DNA of 61,522 nt, the filler included, from Choristocarpus tenellus KU-1152 (taxonomy: Eukaryota; Protista; Phaeophyceae), in NCBI GenBank assembly GCA_964200185.2. It is 11 parts of 11 records of this genome, joined end to end, with 100 filler letters (N's around TTAATTAATTAA, not from the genome) between each part and the next. Parts side by side here need not be neighbours in the genome. Positions count along the whole stretch, not along the records: positions 50,677 to 58,548 come from CAXNAD020005464.1; positions 58,649 to 61,522 come from CAXNAD020024014.1; 9 more parts are not named here. One strand, 5' to 3'. The position numbers were made by a program, and so were the translations under genes. The notes under the pieces are model-generated. The model was not told the DNA's origin. It saw nothing but the letters and a program-made list of their open reading frames with translations, and did not search any database. Of the stretch, positions 52,901-61,522 are shown one piece after another (within the stretch, counting starts at the first letter, position 1; the number at the start of each line of letters is the position of its first letter).

Positions 52901-55683
52901 TAAGCAAACCAACACAATCTTCAACCTTCAACCAATTCCACAAATCTATTCTACAATATCAGAGCATCATGCTTGAGCCCTTACCTTGATGGTTGCCTTG
53001 CCATATTTATAAGGTACCTCCTCCATCGCCATCCCAAGCTTAACTCCAAGAAAGAGTGGGAGACCCCCTCCCCGACCATCCATAGTTGACCTCATGAAGG
53101 TGAAGACGGTTTTAGCATCCTCAACCTTGCAGTGTCACATCCGAGTGCACAGTAGGTTGCATTGCATCATGTTGAGGGTACAGGGGGTGGTAAGAAGAGA
53201 CCTTTGACAGCCAGTGTCATCCCTCATGGCATGCTTAGCCAGTCCTAGTACCAAGAGGAGTGTTTCCCTCTTGTGGCACTCGGCGTCCTGAGACCAGACT
53301 GCATTTTCAGATACGACCATCTACATTATACACACATACAGAGTTACTGTCCCTCACAAACTAACACAATTGGCAGATGGAGATGGAGGTTATTCTTGTG
53401 GTCCACTAGTCACTTGCTGAAGTAAGAGACCTTTCAATGGGGGCTTGCCTCATCAATGTCGCCACAGAGGAGGACGCCTTGAAGGGCTGCCATTCTCCCC
53501 AACAGGATAAGCCCCTTGTCGATTGACTTCATCAGGCGGTCCTTGCCGTCTAGGAAGAAACCAAGCACCTTGACAACTGCTTTGGTGCCACCTCCAAGAC
53601 GTCCTACCTTCTCCATGAACTTGAGGGCATTAGACACATCATCACCAATCTCCTGAGCCAAGCGGGGCAATGAGGGAAGGGTGGGGGCTGAGATTCAGGG
53701 CCAAAAGGCTACAGAAAGCAACAGAGGAAATCAAGGATGTAACACCGTTCACATTCAGCATGTATTAATAGCACAGTTGATCTCTCTTGAGTGGCATTGG
53801 AGGTGTTGTATTTTCTACTCTATGCAGTCAACATGGTCCACACCACAACTCTTATGAGTTAAGCTTCCAATCACAATATCGTCTCTGCTGAGCAAAGGAA
53901 CAATAGAGGTGGGGAAACCCGATCTCGTGCTCTTCAACCCATTATTTCTTGTCTTGTCAGACCACAGTAAGTACACTGTTGCATAGTAAAACCTACTATC
54001 ATCCAGTGTAAGCCACTAATAATCGTGAAAGTTACTATCATTTGGGACTGTGTCACACACAATACTACTGTCTAATACTACCAGAGAGTAGGAAGCAATA
54101 CACACACACACACACACGAATATGCTTATGGCCTGATTTCTTGCCATTCACTGTCCCCGCAAAGATTTTCAGGCACTTGCACATTGCATAAAGGGAGATC
54201 CTACGTAAGATGCTTATAAATACATACCATAACCCTAGACTCATACTGCCTATTAATAGAGCAATAGTCTTCATTAATACTAAGAATCAAAGTATTGTTG
54301 CTGAGCCCAGTTTTCTCAGACTTACTCTTTCCTCTAGATTATAGAAATCTTGTTCCCAACACATAAACTAGAATTCTCGGCTACTCACCTCTGCCCCCAC
54401 CCCTGTGACACAGCTTACAGACACAGCACTCTGGAACCTATCCAAGGCCCTAGTGATATGGGATGGCTCCATGGCCAGTCCAAGTACCAAAGTTAGCATC
54501 TGTGCCCGTACAGCACAGTTGCCATCTGGTGCTATACACACCACCAGCTTCCCCAACCTCCAGTGCAGGCCCGGTACCCCTCTCTCCTCCCCCCACCCAT
54601 GAGGGATGTGGAACACGTGCTACAGATACATGCAAGGAGAAGGGTGGGGGGAGGGGGGGGGGTCAATGGTTACTGATTAACCTACAGAACCATGAATGTA
54701 TATTAAAAGTTGGGGTGAAGTCTTCACCACATGTGCTATCCTTGCTCAAGATATGAAGTATTTTCAGGTATGGGATAACAACAGTGCCCACTATGCAAGG
54801 TCTCCCACCTACTACTGTGTAGCTCTTATACCTACACACAAATGGACTGTTTTTCTGATGGTACAGTTGGTCTCACCATCTTGTCTGTGCTTTTTTCCTC
54901 CAACACCAGCTTGATAACAAATTAATTATATTCTCACTCATATACTTGCAAAACTGTCGGATGGGGAGGGGGGCATACCATGGGTGATTCCAGGTAGGCA
55001 GTAAACGCAACGGGAATGCAGCAAGCCTTGGACTTGGAATCTCACTGTTTACCTCATTGGAATCGATTCATATCATTCTGGTGCACAGGCTCCAACTACA
55101 GTCATGTACTCCTAAAATTAGTTGTCACCTGTTTGGGTCAGGGTCCATTGCTGCTCAACCCCATCGTACAGTATATTAAAATCCCATCCAAGTGTGGTAG
55201 AATTAAGCAATGCAATAAACGAAAATGACCTTCACATCAATCAGGTAAGCACACAACTTCAGATAGGCAATAGACAGGGTAAACCACACTAGGGGAGAAG
55301 CAACCATCATGTTCTGTTACCCAATTTCTCATCTCCCCTTTGCCCCCGCTACAACAACTCTAGCAAGTCAAATTTGTTCCACATAAAAAGGGCTTCCTTT
55401 TTCATTTGTTCCTGAAGACCTCTTGAGCCTGTATCAAATGTCAGTACTAAAGCAAAAGCTTACTACCAATGACAACTCCCACTCCCATTTACATCAGCCA
55501 ACTGCTTGTGTGTGCAATGTTTTGGCCAACCTTCCCCACTGCCACCTCAGCTGAAAGACCAGTAGGCAGCTCCCTTGCCTACCACCTGTACAGTAAGAGT
55601 GACTAATGATCTGCCATCACCATCTGCGGCCAAGGTAATTGTGACACCCCTTACATTGAATGGGATCACTTCAGAGCACTACG

Positions 55684-55937
55684 GAGCCAATGCATCTTTT
55701 ACAGGGTAGGGCCACGTCCATTTGGGACCAAAAGAAATAATGTTGCGATTTTGATGTAATTTTGACTATCTTGTTTGTTAGGAAGTGTCAATATCCTTGT
55801 TCGGTACACACATTTTCATAACGTATACATTTTACCTACTCCAAAACATTTCGGAGTAGGAAAAAGTCATAAAAAACACCATGGGCAGCCAAGCCCAAAT
55901 GTACAAACAGGGCAAAACTCGAACCCTCTAAGATATC
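55684..55937 (-). mobile_element. MITE family A copy 9 (eroded ends)
   Basis: Homologous interior; one TIR shortened (CCCTCTAAGATATCC). Confidence 0.82.
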
Positions 55938-56245
55938 CACGGTGTGTATATTGTATAGAGAGGGCAAGAGAGATCATTTATCACACAATATATATAATAC
56001 CGCACTGAGGTTATTCCAACTACCTCAAGAGGTCTCACAGTGCCTTGGCTGCAGATGGTTACAGCAGTTCATTGATCACATAATCTACATAGATGGCAGG
56101 CAAGGGATCCACCTGCTGCTCCCTCACCTCGACCAGCGGTAGCTACAGTTGGCAAAGATATCATGCACACAAGCAGTTAGCTGATGTATATCACAGAGGG
56201 AACTTCCCTAATAATAGAGGACCCTGGTTTAGTACTGACATTTGG

Positions 56246-56505
56246 GAGCCAAAGTATCTTAGAGGGTAGAGCTGCGTCCATTTGGAGGTCAAAATCCAAT
56301 CTTGCGATCTTGATGTAATTTTGGCTATCGTGTTTGTGCCACGAAGTGTCAAATCTATGTTTCGGACACACCTTTTCATAACGTATACATTTTACCTACT
56401 CCTAAACATTTTGGAGTAGGAAAATTTCATTAAAAAAAATATGGGAAGCCAAGCCCCAAATGGACAAACAGGGCAAAACTCGTACCCTCTAAGATACTTT
56501 CACTC
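56246..56505 (-). mobile_element. MITE family A copy 10
   Basis: Near-perfect TIRs; TSD TTGG. Confidence 0.9.
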
Positions 56506-57038
56506 TTGGTACAGGCTCAAGAGATCTTCAACAACAATAATAAAAATAAATGAGAGGCTAGTCTGCTCCCCTGCAAACAACAAATCGCATTCCAGACAAT
56601 TCCTGAGAGAAGTAGGGACACAGGAACTTGCCGTATTGTGTTACATACCGGAACATGAACTATGGAACTCAGTGACATCACTAACTATGGTCGTTATTGA
56701 CTGGAGGGAAAGATTTCACAGCGTACTTGTCCATTGAGTTGGGTTGCCTTCCCTTGGTGCAGGATGTGCTGTGTCACTATGTAGTATCAGCAAGGAACAG
56801 AGACATGGTGGGGAGTGATTGCGTGTTTTCATACCTTTTTGGTCCTGCTTTCTTGTATGCAGCAGAACACTAGCCCCTCTACCTTTAAGGAGCCAACCAT
56901 TGAGACTGCTTACCTCGCCCCCTTCAAAAACAACACTCCTATATGACATGGAACCTACTTCAGAGTATTCAATGATAGTAGTCCCCAAGGTACTAACGCC
57001 CTCTGATGAACAAACACCTGACTCTACCATAGCTCTGA

Positions 57039-57298
57039 GTGTCAAAGTATCATAGAGGGCAGAGTCACGTCCATTTGGGGGCCAAAAGTCAATGTTGCGA
57101 TTTTGATGCAATTATGTCTATCGTGTTTGCTAAGAGATGTCAATATCCTTGTTCTGGACACACTTTTTTCATAATGTATATATTTGACCTACACAGGAAT
57201 GGGTTTGGGGTAGGTAAAATGTCATTAAAACCTGTGGCAAGCCAAGCCCCATATGGACAAACGGGTAAAAACTCGTACCGACAAAGATACTTTCAATC
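57039..57298 (-). mobile_element. MITE family A copy 11
   Basis: GTGTCAAAGTATCATAGAGGG...AAAGATACTTTCAATC; CTGAG repeated at both junctions. Confidence 0.87.
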
Positions 57299-57989
57299 TG
57301 AGAAAAATTCAACACACAATAAAAAAAGGTTTGCAGATGGTGAATAGAGATATTATAATCACGCTGCAATTACTGCAACTCTTTACCATGACCCACTCAC
57401 CATAGCCTCAACGGGATCTGCCTTGGTGGCAGAAGGTGAAGGTAGATCATTGTGGACATCTTCTGTGTGCACTGCCTCCAACTCCTTAGGCTGGGTTTGA
57501 GTGAGGAACCAATTAGTGAAGGTATGGTAAGCACAGTAGTAGTAAACTAGGTCGTGTGGGAAGGAGAGAAGTTGAAAGAATGCTGGTAGTACAACTCTTT
57601 ACCATTATCCCACTCAATTTGACCTTCACAACACTTACCTCCACTGCAGAAGGCGAGGGAAGATCCGGTATCCCTGCCCTGCATGATGCCTCAGCAATTA
57701 GAGGAGAAGGTGACAAGGGACCTACCTGAAACTCTCCGAGCAGTGCCTGAGTATAGAACCAGTTGGTGATTGTATGGTAAGCATATGCGGTGCGCTGCAA
57801 GGGGAACTGACAAGGGACTGCTGGTACTCCTTTGACACGGTTCAGGTCCAAATGGGTCTTAAACACCCTTCAATATCAATTGAAGCAAGCTAAGAATGGC
57901 ATGGGAAAATCATAGTCCCACTTGGCAACCAAAATAAAAAGCAATCTGACACTAGTGCCTGCGACAATCTCTTGTTAATTACACACTCA

Positions 57990-58249
57990 GAGTGAAAGTA
58001 TGTTAGGGTTAGGGTACGACTTTTGCCCTGTTTGTCCGTTTGGGACTTGACTTCTCACATTTTCTTATGAAATTTTCCTACTCCAAAATATTTCGGAGTA
58101 GGAAAATATATACATTAAAAAAAGGTATGTTCGGAACAAGTATATTGACACTTCCTAACAAACATGATAGCCAAAATTACATCAAAATCGGAACTTTGCA
58201 TTTTTTCCCCCAAATGGACGCAGCTCTACCCACTAAGATACTTCGACTC
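57990..58249 (+). mobile_element. MITE family A copy 12
   Basis: GAGTGAAAGTATGTTAGGG...CTAAGATACTTCGACTC; flanks TCA/TCA. Confidence 0.87.
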
Positions 58250-58757
58250 TCAACAAATTATGATATTGCTCTGGAGGTGTACTACCCACTTTCCTTCATA
58301 CCTTTACCAGCACTAGCTCCTCCTTCAACGCAAGAACCATTGCCTCAGATGCATCCCGTTCCTGTCTGGCTTCATCCCTCTCCATGACTGCCCTATCCCT
58401 CTCAGCCATTGCTGTGTCAAGATTAGAGCGGAGAGTGTCCCTCTCCAGTACCATCTTGTACAGGTTTGCCCTGTCTATGTTCAGGCACTGGTCATCAATG
58501 CGGTTAGGAGCGAGGAGGGTGGGAGGGAAGGGGGGGGGGGGGTTGGTANNNNNNNNNNNNNNNNNNNNNNNNNNNNNNNNNNNNNNNNNNNNTTAATTAA
58601 TTAANNNNNNNNNNNNNNNNNNNNNNNNNNNNNNNNNNNNNNNNNNNNCATCCTCCCTGTCTACCTTCAACATGTCGAGGTAGGTTGATCCGGCGCCATA
58701 CAGAACCTACATTGGAGGGAGAAGAGGATGCACCATGGACATGCAGCTACATCTCAG

Positions 58758-60666
58758 GAGAGTATGTGGGGGAGGTGAGAGAGAGAGCGAATTCTCTATG
58801 ATATGATAAGGCGTAGTTGCGATTCGGTTTCTTGAGAGGGGGGAGTGGGGAAGATTTAAAACAGGTAATTTAAAAACTGTAATGTTCGATGTCGAAAAAA
58901 AAAATAATATATATTTATGTGTGTTTATGCTTGTAGTAGTAATGGAATATGATGTAGTAATGCTAAAGTAGTGGAAAGATGATGGTGATGTTTTTGTTTT
59001 ATATGGAGAGGAAGGAGCTTTTTGAGCAGGTGTTGTGTGGATTGATTCAATGTACGTGCTGTTATTGTAATGCGATATTGTGTTGTGAGCGGTGGCAGTG
59101 ATTATGGCTTTTATTTTTGTTCCCTTTTTTATTTCTTTTTTTTGTTCTGTTCTGCATTTGTGTTTACAGTAATGTGGATTTATTCGTGTAATAATTGTAT
59201 TTTATATTTATCTGTGTAATAATTGTATATTATATTTATTTGTGTAATAACAGTATTTTATATTTATTTGTGTAATAACAGTATTTTATATTTATTTGTG
59301 TAATAACAGTATATTGTATTTATTTGTGTAATAATTGTATTTTATATTTATTTGTGTAATAACAGTATATTACGGTTTGTTCTTAGATTAGTTCCCTGTG
59401 CACATTTTCAGTGCACTTGAATTAAGTGTGTGTGTGTACAAAGGGTATACCCTCATTCAGTACACTACTCTCTTTAAGAGTATAAGTAAGTCCATTTGTA
59501 TCGTTGTTATTTTTATTTTAATTTATATAGGAACAAAAAGTTGGAAAGAATTTCCGGGAAATATTGAATTGTTAGACCGTTCTATAGTTAAGGGGGGAAA
59601 AAAAGGTGTATATATATATATATAGTGTACAACATGTTTTCCCTTTCAAGTATTTTGTCAATTGATATTATTTTTTATTTAATATGTAGATAACAGATAA
59701 GTATTTTTGATCGCATGGTAGTGATCAGCTGTAAATTTGTGCTACTTTGTTTTTTTGTAGTAACAATAAAGGGAACAGGGGGGGGGGTGATGGGATAGAT
59801 GAAAAACAGTGATTTGAGGATTTGTTGTTGTGTGATGTTCCTATTGACATTCTTGTTTTTGTCTTGTGTTCTAATTACTGTTAGCTCTGCATACCATCCA
59901 AGATAGTCATTACCTTACTGTTCAACCCTGACCCTTTTCCCAGATATCTTGTTTTCAAGTAGAGTATTTAGTATTTAACATTTTCAGCAACATGATGACT
60001 ACTACTTTGTTGCATTCCTCTCTACAAAAACCGCTTAGTGGTACCTCCCACATACATACATACATATATATATTCATGTATTCAAAACCCTAACCCTAAC
60101 CCTCTTTCTCATAATGTTTGTTGGTTGCATGTGTAAAAAAATAATATAGCTATTGGCAAAAGAAAAAATAAGGCACGAAGAAGAGTGCATTCTCCTGTTA
60201 CTTTTTAAAATAGACTTTTTATTTTATGCGCCTCTGTTGTTATTTTTTATTTTATGTTCTGCACTCATATATATATATATTTATTTATATTTTATGTAGT
60301 CGGAAGTTTGTTGGTAGTTTATTATTTTTTCTCTCTCGCCTTCTTTTTCTGCATTTTTATATATATACTTACGTTACCATTGTTTTTAATTATTTTATAA
60401 GAATCCGGTGTAGTAATAGTACTCTTAAGTAATAGTTACAATAATAATAATATTGCTATCTCTTGTCTTCTGTAATAAAATAATAACAATAAATAGTTTG
60501 TTTGTTTTTTTCAAAAGGTTATTGACGACGCGACCATGGAGTACCGAATGCAGGAGCAGAGGCGTCTTCACCCCAACGATAACGACGTGTACATGATGGA
60601 ACTTGGAGCAGGCCTCTTTGTAGACGCGAAGGAGAAAGGGAACCTGATGAGACTCATCAACCACAG
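58758..60666 (+). CDS. SET-domain histone methyltransferase (SET2/ASH1/NSD type), partial; exons 58758-58774 and 60518-60666
   Basis: EYVGE / VIDDATMEYRMQEQRRLHPNDNDVYMMELGAGLFVDAKEKGNLMRLINHS matches the SET signature EYxGEVI...DA..KGN..R.INHS. Confidence 0.85.
59186..59372. repeat. 28-bp AT-rich minisatellite, about 6.5 copies, in the SET gene intron
   Basis: Unit GTGTAATAA(TT/CA)GTATTTTATATTTATTT. Confidence 0.9.
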
Positions 60667-61155
60667 GTAGACAAGACGAAAGAACTGGATTGATCCTTCT
60701 GTGGTGGCTTGGTGTAGATTGGTGAGGAATTGCCTCTCCCTCCTTTTGCTTGCATGTTCCCATTTGATTAGCTGGGGGGGGAGGGGGGGGGTTGGGTTGG
60801 GCTTGAGTAGTTTAGTAATGTTATTATTATTATTTTTTGTATTTTTCTTGTTGCCGTTTGTGGTGAAAATAATACTAATATATATATATATTTATACTTC
60901 TGTTACGATATACTTTGTATAAACAAAAATTCTGACCGTGTAATTTTTTTAAGGACATGGGTAAAGGGTTAGGGTTATATGGGGTTATGGCTGGGTGGTG
61001 TTTATTGTACTATTCATTTAGCGAGTTAGAACTTATGTTACTTTATTATTATATCACCATACCCTCTCCCACCCATTTTTTTTTTGTGGGAAGTTTTTAT
61101 TCATCTAGATGGTTGCAGTTAATTGCCCTGCCCTCCTATTTCAAAAGTTCAACTG

Positions 61156-61193
<38 letters not shown>

Positions 61194-61522
61194 TCAATCC
61201 ATATCCAGATAGCGGTAACATTAATCTGCAGTAACCCTTTGAAATGCCTATGTTAGCTGAATGCAGTCCAAACAAGGTCTTGTGTTGCCACCCCACCCCC
61301 CCCCCACCCCCCCACCCCCCTCTTTTGTTTTATTTTATTTTTTGTGTGGACACGAATTTTGAAAATACACGCACTTAAGTTGTTTATTTTTTTAAGATCA
61401 ATGCCTATGTAATGATCCCTCTCGATCCCTTTTTTTTTTTTTTCCTTCTGTTTTTGGGGGGGTTTGGTGTAATTTCAGTTGTAATCCAAATTGTGATGTG
61501 CAGGCTTGGAATGTTGCTGGAT

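Larger units (their letters stand above)
50677..58510 (-). pseudogene. Decayed multi-exon gene with N-terminal coiled coil, Pro/Ser-rich spacer exons and an OTU-like cysteine protease domain
   Basis: Exon 54389-54619 carries VCIAPDGNCAVRA (Cys box, 54515-54526). An exon ending at 51453 carries LEILYSHNHYDVV (His box, 51663-51671). There is a premature TGA at 53434-53436, a frameshift near 58380, further stops in exons near 56030-56140, and four MITE insertions. Confidence 0.6.

Noticed and set aside
31022-58387. Recurring short ORFs such as [22 protein letters not shown] as a peptide gene family
   Set aside because: They are translations of MITE family A copies, and their frames are not conserved between copies.
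4904-58648. Recurrent TTAATTAATTAA palindrome between N runs as a biological motif
   Set aside because: The 100-nt structure is identical each time and has six-frame stops, so it is a concatenation linker. No cross-linker gene neighbourhoods were inferred.

Overview
This window is eukaryotic, intron-rich genomic DNA, not one locus. It is 11 contigs joined by ten artificial 100-nt linkers (N44-TTAATTAATTAA-N44), so adjacency across linkers has no biological meaning. Gene content, intron style and scattered TTAGGG tracts are compatible with a stramenopile or alga-like organism (inference only). Spliced partial host genes rebuilt by hand with phase-consistent junctions: GPI transamidase PIG-T/GPI16, a PH-like domain protein, the N-terminus of a DDX27/DRS1-like helicase, a kinesin-2, and a SET2/ASH1-type SET domain. 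Mobile DNA is abundant: a dead plant-type mariner, 12 copies of a ~260-bp MITE with GAG...CTC termini and 3-4-bp TSDs (Sola-like), a second MITE sharing those ends, and a decayed multi-exon OTU-protease gene. The most interesting region is contig 38105-40959. There an intron-containing ParB/sulfiredoxin-fold gene (DGNHR motif) lies head-to-head, 449 bp apart, with an intron-containing Sola-like transposase N-terminus. This is a candidate two-gene eukaryotic DNA transposon carrying a ParB-type protein, and possibly the autonomous partner of the MITEs. All family assignments are from motif recognition by eye and need HMM confirmation.
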